Assembly (NCBI GenBank): GCA_026416665.1
Contig: JAOAET010000041.1
Coordinates: forward strand, 10,425-74,424
Source: Candidatus Omnitrophota bacterium
GTDB lineage: Bacteria > Omnitrophota > Gorgyraeia > Gygaellales > Profunditerraquicolaceae
Length of the DNA stretch: 64,000 nt
Direction of reading: 5' to 3'
Numbering within the stretch: the stretch's first letter is position 1; each line of letters starts with the position of its first letter. A model generated the notes under the pieces. It did not search any database. It had not been told where the DNA came from and saw nothing but the letters and a program-made list of their open reading frames with translations. Below are positions 46,456 through 56,058 of the stretch, in pieces. The translations under genes and the position numbers were made by a program.

Positions 46456-47241
46456 GCCATCTTTTTGGACTCTTCTTATTGCCCAGTCAAACATAAGAAT
46501 GGAAAAAGGTAAAAGGGTTATAGAAAAAAAGAAGAGGAAAAAAATCTGAGGTAACAGTTTCTCCAAAGAATAATTTTTATACACTGCAGATTGTATTGCC
46601 TCAATAGCGTAGGTAATGGGAAATAAACGTGCACAAATTTGAAGCCAAAAAGGCAATACTGTAATTGGGAAATACACGCCTCCGAGTAATCCTTCCAGAG
46701 TTCCGATTAACCAACTCAAAGGATTGGCTCGTTTAGTTATCATTACAAAGCTTGCAGAAAGTATACCTAAACCAGAAAAAGAGGTAATGGTAAGAAAAAG
46801 AATAACCGCGCAAGACACTATATTTATTTGCTGAAAGTCAATACGAAATAAAAAGACAGCTAAAAGAAGATAAATTATTAGGTCAACAGTAGCAATAATT
46901 AGATTCCACAGAACCAGTGAGAACAAAAAGACACTTATTCTAGTAGGTGTAGCAACAATAGCTTCAAGGGTACCTTGCTGTTGTTCTAAACGCAGACGGT
47001 CTGAGAATGCCCCTAAGCCCACACCAGCATAACCAAAAAATGCGCTACTTAGTAAGACGTAAGCAAAATAATTTACGCCAAAAGGTTCGAGATGCCTGAC
47101 TATGGTATGACCAAATAGTTTATCAATAAAGAAATAACTTAATAAATTAAAAAAGATACCGAGGATATTTAGAAAAAATGACAGACGGTAACTTGTCTCT
47201 TGAAGAAAATCTTTTTTAAGAAAAGCAAATACTCTACGCAT
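46438..47241 (-). CDS. ABC-2 type transporter permease
   Basis: 267 aa. Six TM segments and an ABC-2 membrane pattern. Confidence 0.65.
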   Translation of the reverse strand: MRRVFAFLKKDFLQETSYRLSFFLNILGIFFNLLSYFFIDKLFGHTIVRHLEPFGVNYFAYVLLSSAFFGYAGVGLGAFSDRLRLEQQQGTLEAIVATPTRISVFLFSLVLWNLIIATVDLIIYLLLAVFLFRIDFQQINIVSCAVILFLTITSFSGLGILSASFVMITKRANPLSWLIGTLEGLLGGVYFPITVLPFWLQICARLFPITYAIEAIQSAVYKNYSLEKLLPQIFFLFFFSITLLPFSILMFDWAIRRVQKDGSLCQY

Positions 47242-47242
47242 T

Positions 47243-48073
47243 CTATTTTTCTTGCTTAGAGGTTAATTCCAAAAACAACTCTTTAACAGATGCCTTAGGG
47301 TTGCGGGTCGCCTGTCTTAACTCTTCTTGAGTTCCAAAACCACAGACCCTGCCTTGTTTGATAATAAGATATAAGGTGGCTAACTCTTCTGCTTCTTCCC
47401 AGCGATGGGTGGTAAAAATTACAGTTGCTTTCTGACGTCCAAGTATTTCGTGTTTTAAGAATTCACGCAATTTTAGACAACAGCGGTAATCTAGACTTTT
47501 ACTTGGCTCATCCAACAGCAGAAGACGAGGTTCATGCATAAAAGCACGCACAAGTCCTATTTTTTGTTGCATCCCTGTAGAGTAATTGTCAAAGCGTTTA
47601 TCTAAAAAATCTATTTCAAACAGGTTAGATAACTTCTCAATTTGTTGGGAAGTTTGTTTTTTGGATAGGCCATAGAGAGAAGCAAAAAACTCTAAATTCT
47701 GTCTTCCGGTTAATCGCCAATAAAAAGTTCTTTCACTATTCGTTACCAGACCAATTAAACGTTTCAGTTTATAACCATTTTTGGTAGAATTAAGGCCATC
47801 AAAGATTATTTCTCCCTTATCAGGTAAAAGAATATTGGCAACAATCTTTAGGAGAGTAGTTTTGCCTGCTCCGTTAGGACCAAGTAGTGCTAATACTTGA
47901 CCAAATTCTAAAGAAAAAGATACATCAGATAGGGCAACTAATGGTTGTCGTGACGGGTGTCTAAAAAAAGGTAAGTTGTTTAAAACTAAGGGAAAAAAAA
48001 TCTTTGTAATACCTTTTACTTTTAGCATAGTTTTAAGTTTAGCAGATAAGTATCTGTGCGTCAACAGTAGCAA
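47243..48073 (-). CDS. ABC transporter ATP-binding protein
   Basis: Walker A LLGPNGAGKTTLLK, ABC signature YSTGMQQKIGL, Walker B LLLLDEPS. Confidence 0.8.
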   Translation of the reverse strand: MLLLTHRYLSAKLKTMLKVKGITKIFFPLVLNNLPFFRHPSRQPLVALSDVSFSLEFGQVLALLGPNGAGKTTLLKIVANILLPDKGEIIFDGLNSTKNGYKLKRLIGLVTNSERTFYWRLTGRQNLEFFASLYGLSKKQTSQQIEKLSNLFEIDFLDKRFDNYSTGMQQKIGLVRAFMHEPRLLLLDEPSKSLDYRCCLKLREFLKHEILGRQKATVIFTTHRWEEAEELATLYLIIKQGRVCGFGTQEELRQATRNPKASVKELFLELTSKQEK

Positions 48074-48216
48074 AAAATGAGTTGTTAATGGATGTTTGCC
48101 ATTTTAAGGATTTCTTATTACTTCATATTTTTCTTGACATTTCTTATTGGAAGTATTAAAGTTAAAAAAAGAAATTAAGATAGCATTAAAATTCTTTAGA
48201 AAGGAGGTAGAAGAAT

Positions 48217-49098
48217 ATGGGTAGAAAAAAGGTAGTTATTATGTCGTGTTTAATTTTTTGTATCCTCATACTTATGAAGGATTTTGTTAATGCAGAGACA
48301 AAAGATAATAGTCAGGTGCCTGAGTGGCTTAAGCGCACCAGTTACGGAATAAATATTGACTCATCTCAGAAACCGAGAATTTATATTGAGACAGTACAAC
48401 CACTCTATCAGGATGAAGACAAGATAGATACTTTTTTTACCCATGGGCGTATAAATATTCAAAACGAAAGAGGTATTTACAACTTGGGTTTGGGCTATCG
48501 CAGGTTACTTACAGAAGAATTTTTAGCAGGGATAAATACCTTTTTTGACTACCAAGATTTACATAACCACTATCGCACAGGTTTTGGTTTAGAAGCAATT
48601 GGCAAGCGTGCTGAAGCAAGATTAAATACTTATTTTGGACTTTCACCGACTCGCAAAGTTAAAGAGACCGCCAGCTCTACTCAATATGAAAAGGCCGTAG
48701 ATGGTTTCGATGTAGAACTTGGAGGACCGGTGCCCTATTTACCTTGGTTAAAATTATTTGGTAGTTATTATCAATATGACTTTAAGAAATTTAAAGATAT
48801 GCAAGGTTCAAAAATTCGTAGTGAAATAAAATTGATAAAATGCCTGACTATTAATTTAGAGACATATGATGATAATAAAGGTGAGCGTGAATATGCAATG
48901 GACACCAGATTTAATTTTGCCTTTGATAATTTTAGTTTCAAGGATTTTTTGAGTGCTTTCAAGTTGGAGAACGAAAAATATAAAGAAGTCAACTTGCGTG
49001 ACCGTACCTTAGACAGGGTAGAGAGAAACTTTAATATTCAGGTAGAAAAATGGGCTGAGGTTACAGGTATGACTGTGGAGATCGGAAGGGGAAGTTAA
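48217..49098 (+). CDS. outer-membrane beta-barrel resembling the inverse-autotransporter (intimin/invasin) beta domain, without passenger
   Basis: Signal peptide. YNLGLGYRRLL...GINTFFDYQD...YRTGFGLEAIG...GFDVELGGPVPYLPWLKLFGSYYQYD is collinear with the intimin beta-domain motif series. Confidence 0.45.
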   Translation: MGRKKVVIMSCLIFCILILMKDFVNAETKDNSQVPEWLKRTSYGINIDSSQKPRIYIETVQPLYQDEDKIDTFFTHGRINIQNERGIYNLGLGYRRLLTEEFLAGINTFFDYQDLHNHYRTGFGLEAIGKRAEARLNTYFGLSPTRKVKETASSTQYEKAVDGFDVELGGPVPYLPWLKLFGSYYQYDFKKFKDMQGSKIRSEIKLIKCLTINLETYDDNKGEREYAMDTRFNFAFDNFSFKDFLSAFKLENEKYKEVNLRDRTLDRVERNFNIQVEKWAEVTGMTVEIGRGS

Positions 49099-49118
49099 GA
49101 ATTAAGGAGGTTAGGTAA

Positions 49119-49772
49119 ATGGAAAAAAAATTAATATTAGGATTAATAATATTATTTACCTTGCAAGTATCATCTTATGGTGATAACGTGGCTGTTACTC
49201 CTCAAGAATACATAGTTACTATTAATAAAATTGAATTCTATAACGAAGATACCTCTTCTTGGATCACCGTTGGTGAAGGAAAGCTTAGTTTTGATATTGC
49301 TTCAGTTAATGCCGGACAGACAGTGGGTAGTTATGTAGATGCTAGTGCCGTTGCCGAAGGTACTTATACGCAGGGAAGAGTTTATGTTTCACTTACCTTT
49401 TATTTAAAGGCCAGTGCTACTATTGATGGGACTACTTACTACACAACTGAAGGCGGATACGAGAATCCTTTCCCTGATTCTGAACTTCAAGGTTACATTG
49501 CTGCAAAAACTACAACGGATCCTAATCGCGCTTCCAGGGGAATATCGGTTCTTACCGAACAGGCTTTAGAAAGAGCAGGTTTTGATGTTGTAGGAGATAG
49601 TTTTATATTTGAAGGAGAAGTTCTATTACCTATTGTAGTAAAAAAAGGTTTTACCAAAAAGGTCAGAATTAATTTTAATGTAACAAATAGTGTAGCCTTT
49701 GAAGAGATTCCTTCCGGCGACGTGGTGTGTTATCCTTTACCGCCAGTACTTACTTTTAAGGTAATTGACTAA
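49119..49772 (+). CDS. secreted hypothetical protein
   Basis: Signal peptide (LILGLIILFTLQVSSYG). 217 aa, beta-rich composition. Confidence 0.4.
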   Translation: MEKKLILGLIILFTLQVSSYGDNVAVTPQEYIVTINKIEFYNEDTSSWITVGEGKLSFDIASVNAGQTVGSYVDASAVAEGTYTQGRVYVSLTFYLKASATIDGTTYYTTEGGYENPFPDSELQGYIAAKTTTDPNRASRGISVLTEQALERAGFDVVGDSFIFEGEVLLPIVVKKGFTKKVRINFNVTNSVAFEEIPSGDVVCYPLPPVLTFKVID

Positions 49773-50072
49773 CAGGATTTTATATAAAATTTTTCCAGGT
49801 TTACGATATTGTTCTATATAAGGCATAAATTGAATTAAGAGTAAAAGCATGTTATTTTACTTACAACAGCGTCAAGAGCAATAAGAAAAAATAAGTGACC
49901 ATCAGTTTTTACAATTAACTTTTAACTTCCTACCTAATCGCCCTTGTTATTGACTAAAGATTAATTACAAAGGTTAAAAATAAACACTTCTTTTTAGTCC
50001 ACTTTGGATAAAAATCCCTTGCTAACCCCTTGATTCTATGGTAAGTTAGAAAAAAATAAGAAGGAAATAAAA

Positions 50073-52055
50073 ATGGCACAATACGAACTTAATTTACGAG
50101 ATTATCTAAGGATTCTGCGTAAACGTAAGTGGGTTATTTTTCTTACTTTTGCAGTGGTTAGCATCATAAGTATTTTAGTGTTAAGTAGTGGCGAAAAAAT
50201 ATATCGGGCCACTGCCACTGTTAAAATTCAAGAGCGTAAAACCATTGCAGGGCTTTTGACTGAGATGTTTGTTTATAGCCCTGGGGATATTATGACTACT
50301 GAGTCGCAATTTGTAACAAGTTTTCCTATTGCGCTTAACGTATGCTTACGTATGGATAAATTAAAAGATGATTGGCTTAGTCGAAAACGTAAGATGGGAG
50401 AGATAGAGTACATAGAACCAGAGGATGTTAAACCCGAGTTTATTGAAGAAGTAAATCAAGTTGTTGGGGAATTGCAGAGTAAGATAAAAGTAGAAATAGT
50501 ACAAAATACCAATATGTTACGCATAAGCGCAGAGTCAAGTGTTCCTGTTGAGGCCATGGATATTGCTAATATGGTAGCCACAGTTTATATAGAAGCAAAC
50601 TTAAGAGAAAAGAATAAACACGCTGCCCATGCCCGCCAGTTTATTGAAGAACAATTGCAGACTTTAGAAGCTAACTTGCGCCGTTCCGAAGATGAGAAAC
50701 TGCAAAAGTTTGGTGAAGGTGCTGAGATGGTAAAACTTGCCCAACCCATTGAAGATAAATTGGTAGAACTGCAGTTTAAACTCTCTGAACTTCTACAAAA
50801 ATATACCGAACGCCATCCTCAAGTTATTCAATTACGCCAGCAGATTAAGAGTTTAGAAGAACAAGTTCAAGGTGTTTCCGGCAGACAACTAGAATATGCA
50901 CGGTTAGTCCGAGAAATTGAAGTAAATAAAAAACTTTATGAAATGCTTAAGGAGAAATTGGAAGAGGCACGTATCACCGAGGCACAAAGAGTAAGTGATG
51001 TCTCTTTTGTTGAACGAGCAGTTATGCCTGAAGAACCTCTAAGTGGTGACCGCACACTTAAGATTGTTATGGCTTCCTTTTTGGGATTAATTTTAGGGGT
51101 ATCTATGGCTTTTATTTTAGAAACAATGGATACCTCTATTGGTACTATTGAAGATGTGGAGAATGTGATAAAACTTCCTGTTTTAGGTGTTGTCCCACCT
51201 ATTGAGTGGGAAACAAAGACATATACTATTTTACATCGAATAAAGGAACAATTTTTCCCTTCTAACAAAAATGATGCCGAAGAACGTCTTGTTCACCTCT
51301 ACGCCCATTTTAAACCGCAGTCACCTACAACAGAAGCATTTCGCAATATACATACCAATCTTAAACTTAATACTACAAGAAAAGTGTTAATTATCACCAG
51401 TTCTGGTCCTAGAGAAGGGAAGAGCACAGTGGTTTGTAACTTAGGGTTAGTTATGGCACAGATAGGGTTACGGACTCTTTTAGTATCTTGTGATTTACGC
51501 AGACCAGTTATCGCTAAAATATTTGGGATTAAGCGCGAACCAGGTTTAAGTGAATTAATAAGGGGTAGTGCTTCTTTAGATGAAGTCCTTTATAATATTA
51601 CAGATTTGTTACTTGGTGATTTGGGGTTTGATGTGATACGTAAAACCCCTGGGATGGAGAATATTTGGATATTACCTTCTGGACATCTTCCTTCTAACCC
51701 CGTTGAAATTTTAGAATCAAAGGCAATGTCAGATATAATTGTTCAGCTGAGAGAAAAATTTGACGTTGTTCTTTTTGATACCCCGCCAGTTTTACCGGTT
51801 ACTGATGCCAGTTTATTAGCCAGTAAAGTAGATGGGGTAGTCATTGTGTATGAGATTGGGCGTACAGGTAGAGAAGGACTTATGCGCACAAAAGTGCAAC
51901 TTGAGGCAGTAGGCGCTAAAATCTTAGGCGTTGTCCTAAATCACACAATGCCTCAGACAGAGTTAGTATCACCTTATCCTTACTACCATAAGTATGCCTA
52001 CTATAGTGAAGAAAAACAGATTAACAAAAAAAATACAAATCGTGAAAAGACCTAA
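50073..52055 (+). CDS. polysaccharide co-polymerase/BY-kinase (Wzc/CapAB-like: Wzz domain + tyrosine autokinase + C-terminal Tyr cluster)
   Basis: Two TM segments flanking a periplasmic coiled-coil. Walker A ITSSGPREGKST (CapB-like), Walker B VLFDTPPV, C-terminal PYPYYHKYAYYSEE tyrosine cluster. Confidence 0.8.
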   Translation: MAQYELNLRDYLRILRKRKWVIFLTFAVVSIISILVLSSGEKIYRATATVKIQERKTIAGLLTEMFVYSPGDIMTTESQFVTSFPIALNVCLRMDKLKDDWLSRKRKMGEIEYIEPEDVKPEFIEEVNQVVGELQSKIKVEIVQNTNMLRISAESSVPVEAMDIANMVATVYIEANLREKNKHAAHARQFIEEQLQTLEANLRRSEDEKLQKFGEGAEMVKLAQPIEDKLVELQFKLSELLQKYTERHPQVIQLRQQIKSLEEQVQGVSGRQLEYARLVREIEVNKKLYEMLKEKLEEARITEAQRVSDVSFVERAVMPEEPLSGDRTLKIVMASFLGLILGVSMAFILETMDTSIGTIEDVENVIKLPVLGVVPPIEWETKTYTILHRIKEQFFPSNKNDAEERLVHLYAHFKPQSPTTEAFRNIHTNLKLNTTRKVLIITSSGPREGKSTVVCNLGLVMAQIGLRTLLVSCDLRRPVIAKIFGIKREPGLSELIRGSASLDEVLYNITDLLLGDLGFDVIRKTPGMENIWILPSGHLPSNPVEILESKAMSDIIVQLREKFDVVLFDTPPVLPVTDASLLASKVDGVVIVYEIGRTGREGLMRTKVQLEAVGAKILGVVLNHTMPQTELVSPYPYYHKYAYYSEEKQINKKNTNREKT

Positions 52056-52096
52056 GAGTTGGAATATTTTTCCGACGAATGGGTTATAAAGAAATT

Positions 52097-52123
52097 GGGG
52101 ATACAGGTATCCCCGTTTTTTTT
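52097..52123 (+). terminator. Rho-independent terminator between wzc-like and wzy-like genes
   Basis: GGGGATA-CAGG-TATCCCC hairpin followed by a run of eight T. Confidence 0.65.
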
Positions 52124-52136
52124 AGAATAAGAAATT

Positions 52137-53516
52137 ATGCCTCTGGCTTATCCCAAAATACCCCTTCAGATATTAATCTTTCTTTTTGTAAGCACACTTA
52201 TCTTTGTTTTTCTTCTTTTTGGTTTCCCCATACAGAATACCATTGTTCTTTTTTTAGCAACTGTGGTTTTTGTTATTGCCTTTCTTAATACTAATATTGC
52301 ACTTATTATCATTATTATTTCAATGCTCCTTTCCCCAGAGATACAGGCAGGTAGAGTAGCTACACGCACGGTTAATCTTAGAGTAGAAGATATTTTTATC
52401 TTTGTTGTTTTTTTTGGTTGGCTGGCGCGTATGGCTATACGTAAAGAACTTGGATTGCTTCGTAAGAATCCCCTTAACGCACCAATTATTATTTACTTTA
52501 CTATTTGTGTGGTTTCTACCCTTCTTGCTTTATTAGAGGGAAAAGGTTTTCCTAAAGATGCCTTTTTTTATCTTCTGAAATACTTTGAGTATTATCTTAT
52601 CTTTTTTATGGTAACAAACAATCTGCACAGTGTCTTTCAGGCAAAGGTTTTTGTTTATACTATGCTGATTACCTGCTTTATTGTCTGCGCTATTGCCTGG
52701 ACACAAATACCTACAGGGCAACGTCTATCCGCACCTTTTGAAAGTGAAGGAGGAGAACCCAACACCTTTGCTGGATATTTAAATTTAATGATGGCGCTTA
52801 TCATTGCCTTTGCCATTTATGCCAAGACACTGAAAATGCGTTTAGTTTGGATTGGGTTTTTTTTCTTTGCGTTTGTGCCTTTTCTTTACACGCTCTCGCG
52901 TGAAGGATGGATAAGTTTTATTCCTTTACTTTTTGCTTTTATTGTCTTAAATAAGAGGGCGCGAGCAGTTCTTATTTTATTCTCTTTAACTTCATTTGTT
53001 TTTCTTCCTCCTTTGTTGCCAAAGCACATCCATAAAAGGGCCCAAGATACATTTGCAAAGGAAAAGTCATATAAATTATTTGGAAGAAAAATCTATGTGT
53101 CTGAGTCAACTGCTGACCGTATTGAGGCGTGGAAAAAAGCAATGGTAAAGATTCGCCGAAAACCTATTCTTGGAAGAGGTGTGCCTGGCGGTTCGGTTAT
53201 TGATAACCAATACACCCGAGTTCTTACTGAAACAGGTCTTGTGGGTTTTACCAGTTTTATGTGGATAATTATACTGCTATTTCGTTTTGCTTTAAGAACT
53301 TATCGTCAGACCGAAGATGATTTTATCAAAGCCATAAGTTTAGGTTTTCTTGGAGGGTTTGTGGCACTGCTTTTTCAAGGTTTAGGTGCAGCAGTTTTTA
53401 TTCTCATTCGTATAATGGAACCATTCTGGTTTCTAGCAGCATTGGTATTGACTCTACCTGAGGTTAAGGCAGAAGAAAGGATGCAACTATTAAATAACAC
53501 TGAATATGTGCGATAA
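52137..53516 (+). CDS. O-antigen ligase / Wzy-like polymerase family membrane protein
   Basis: 459 aa, about 10-12 TM segments with a large periplasmic loop. O-antigen ligase-like pattern. Confidence 0.6.
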   Translation: MPLAYPKIPLQILIFLFVSTLIFVFLLFGFPIQNTIVLFLATVVFVIAFLNTNIALIIIIISMLLSPEIQAGRVATRTVNLRVEDIFIFVVFFGWLARMAIRKELGLLRKNPLNAPIIIYFTICVVSTLLALLEGKGFPKDAFFYLLKYFEYYLIFFMVTNNLHSVFQAKVFVYTMLITCFIVCAIAWTQIPTGQRLSAPFESEGGEPNTFAGYLNLMMALIIAFAIYAKTLKMRLVWIGFFFFAFVPFLYTLSREGWISFIPLLFAFIVLNKRARAVLILFSLTSFVFLPPLLPKHIHKRAQDTFAKEKSYKLFGRKIYVSESTADRIEAWKKAMVKIRRKPILGRGVPGGSVIDNQYTRVLTETGLVGFTSFMWIIILLFRFALRTYRQTEDDFIKAISLGFLGGFVALLFQGLGAAVFILIRIMEPFWFLAALVLTLPEVKAEERMQLLNNTEYVR

Positions 53517-55086
53517 AGATGTCTCCGACAAAATAATTCGTAACACTGCTTTTAATATCTTAGCAAAAGTATGGTTTTCCATTTTGGGTTTATTATTGAC
53601 CCCTTATATTATGCAACATTTGGGGGTAGAACGGTTTGGCGTTTTGTCACTAGTAGGAGTGTTAACTAGTTATTTGGGGCTTCTTGATTTAGGGGTAGGA
53701 AATTCTTTTGTAAAATATGTTTCACAGTTTTATGCAATAAAGGATTTTTTAGCACTTAATCGGTTAGTGGTAACTGGCTTTTTATTCTATGCTATCTTAG
53801 GTGTCCTTATGTTATCATCAAGTTTTTTTCTTATTAAATTACTTGTTTTATTTTTCAAAATACCTGTGTTTTTATCTTCAGAAGCAGAGTTTGTTTTTCT
53901 GTTGGGTATTGCTACTCTGTGTGTCTCCAATGCCTTTGGGCCTTTTATAGCTATAATTCCCGGACTACAACGAATGGATATAGCAAACATAATTAGTATT
54001 TTGGTTTCCTTTGTAACAGTAATAGGAACAGTATTTTCTTTGAAACAAGGATGGGGTTTATCGGGTTTGATGATAACCAACGCAACGGTTGTTCTATTGA
54101 CAGTATTGGCTAATATGATAATTACTCATCGTCTACTGCCTCAGTTTAGTTTTCACTTTAGGTTTTTTGATGGTTCATTGTTAAAACGTATATTTAAATT
54201 TGGCTTTCAGGTACAATTTAGCCGTATTTCCTCAACAATTACTACCCACACCGACAAATTATTAATAACCTATTTTTTGAATTTAGCGTTAGTTTCTTTT
54301 TATCAATTGGGTTCAACTATTGTTTCTTATGCAATGTCAATTCCTGCGCTTCTTGTTTCTCCTTTTGTGCCTGCATTTTCTGAGTTGTCTGCCAGACAAC
54401 AGAGACAGAAGTTAATAGATGTCTATTTAAGAAGTACAAAATATCTGGCTTTTGTTACTGTCCCAATTTTTATGGCAATTGCTGTGCAAAGCCACCGAAT
54501 TATGCGTGTATGGATGGGAAGTGGTTTTGAACAGGCGGGGTTGGTAATTCAAATTTTATGTTCCGCTTATCTATTAAATATGTTTGCTCGATTATCTTCA
54601 GCCTTTGCAATGTCAATAGAAAAGACTGATATTATGATGAAGAGTTCACTTATTACCATTATAGTAAACATCATCGCAAGTATTTTATTTATTAAACTTC
54701 TGGGTTTTGCGGGTGTTGCTTGGGGCACGGCAATAGCGGTTAATTTAGGCACTTGGTATTTTCTTAGGCAACTTCATAAAAAGATAAATATAACCTGGTC
54801 AGCTTATACCAAGGTAACAATGCCCTTTTTAGGGTGTGGAATTCTGGCTTTTTTTGTTCAGATTATTTTAGATATCTGGTTAAATTATTTTAAGACATCG
54901 CGATTAATAGAAGCAGTAATAATGGTAGCCTGCTTAATATTTTCTTCAGTGATTTATATGATTTTGGTTCTGGTAGTAAAGATTTTTGATGATACTGACA
55001 GAAGTTTTATTAAGGAAAAATTTCCTGCCTTTAGCAATTGGTTAGAAAGATGGTTGGGCAAAATTGCCGCATCTGTAAAAATGTAG
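53506..55086 (+). CDS. Wzx-type flippase (polysaccharide biosynthesis protein, MOP superfamily)
   Basis: 526 aa, about 14 TM segments. N-terminal IIRNTAFNILAKVWFSILGLLLTPYI flippase-type motif. Confidence 0.7.
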   Translation: MCDKDVSDKIIRNTAFNILAKVWFSILGLLLTPYIMQHLGVERFGVLSLVGVLTSYLGLLDLGVGNSFVKYVSQFYAIKDFLALNRLVVTGFLFYAILGVLMLSSSFFLIKLLVLFFKIPVFLSSEAEFVFLLGIATLCVSNAFGPFIAIIPGLQRMDIANIISILVSFVTVIGTVFSLKQGWGLSGLMITNATVVLLTVLANMIITHRLLPQFSFHFRFFDGSLLKRIFKFGFQVQFSRISSTITTHTDKLLITYFLNLALVSFYQLGSTIVSYAMSIPALLVSPFVPAFSELSARQQRQKLIDVYLRSTKYLAFVTVPIFMAIAVQSHRIMRVWMGSGFEQAGLVIQILCSAYLLNMFARLSSAFAMSIEKTDIMMKSSLITIIVNIIASILFIKLLGFAGVAWGTAIAVNLGTWYFLRQLHKKINITWSAYTKVTMPFLGCGILAFFVQIILDIWLNYFKTSRLIEAVIMVACLIFSSVIYMILVLVVKIFDDTDRSFIKEKFPAFSNWLERWLGKIAASVKM

Positions 55087-56033
55087 AAGGTAACCGTCTG
55101 CATAAGGTTAGAGAAATGATGTTTGGTAGAAAAGAGTTCTTTCTATACCTTGAATGTGGTAATTGTGGATGTTTACAGCTGATGGATATCCCTTTAGATT
55201 TAGGGCAGTATTATCCTAAAGAATATTATTCTTTTGCTATACCTGAAGCACTCGGTAAGAAAGACAATTCCTTCAAGCGTTTTTTACGAATAGTGCGGAG
55301 TAGATATCTGTTAGGTCACAGCGATATTTTGGGGCTATTAATAAACTTCTTGCTACCGCCTGCCGAGAAGATAAAAGAGTATCTTCTTATCCTTAAAAGA
55401 TGCAATATAGACCTTAGTCAGAAGATACTTGATGTTGGTTGTGGAGAAGGTAATTGGCCCGCAGAGCTATCTTGGTATGGTTTTAAACACATAGTGGGAA
55501 TTGACCCATACATGCGCCAAGAAAGAAAATTCCCGGGGTTAGAACTTTATAAACGCGACATTTTCGCTATGGATGGTTGTTTTGATATCATTTTGTTTCG
55601 TCATTCTTTTGAACATTTAGATAACCCTTGGGATATTCTTAAGAAAGCAAGAGAAATTATTTCCGCTGACGGCTGGTTAATCATACGAACTCCTTTTGTT
55701 CCTTGTTATGCTTGGAAGGAATATGGTTGCAACTGGGTGGCAATTGATGCACCTCGTCATATCTTTATCTACTCAGAAAAGGCAATGGAAATTTTGGCTA
55801 ATCAGGCAAATTTTAGAATCGTTGATACTGTATTTGTATCCGATGCCTTTCAGTTTTGGGCAAGTCAACAATATGCCCAAGATATACCACTAAAATCTGA
55901 ACGTTCTTATGCAGTTACTCCACAGAAGAGTATTTTTAAATTAAAGGATATCCAGCGTTTTAATAAGTTGGCAAGACAACTTAACAAGAATAAAGAGGGC
56001 GATGAGGTTTGTTTCTATTTGAGGCCACAATAG
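55038..56033 (+). CDS. class I SAM-dependent methyltransferase with N-terminal 4-Cys zinc ribbon
   Basis: CRIC...CGNCGC zinc ribbon. Motif I ILDVGCGEGNW. The start is uncertain (ATGs at 55038, 55050 and 55116). Overlaps the flippase stop. Confidence 0.6.
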   Translation: MVRKMVGQNCRICKNVEGNRLHKVREMMFGRKEFFLYLECGNCGCLQLMDIPLDLGQYYPKEYYSFAIPEALGKKDNSFKRFLRIVRSRYLLGHSDILGLLINFLLPPAEKIKEYLLILKRCNIDLSQKILDVGCGEGNWPAELSWYGFKHIVGIDPYMRQERKFPGLELYKRDIFAMDGCFDIILFRHSFEHLDNPWDILKKAREIISADGWLIIRTPFVPCYAWKEYGCNWVAIDAPRHIFIYSEKAMEILANQANFRIVDTVFVSDAFQFWASQQYAQDIPLKSERSYAVTPQKSIFKLKDIQRFNKLARQLNKNKEGDEVCFYLRPQ

Positions 56034-56058
56034 ATTTTTTTAGAACATCTTTGGCAGT

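Noticed and set aside
38373-48073. Canonical lasso-peptide biosynthetic cluster
   Set aside because: No Asn-synthetase-like lasso cyclase (C) or transglutaminase-like B2 protease is present. Only lasso-type accessory genes (RRE, HprK-like kinase, nucleotidyltransferase) are present, with radical SAM maturases, so I report it as a hybrid or novel candidate instead.
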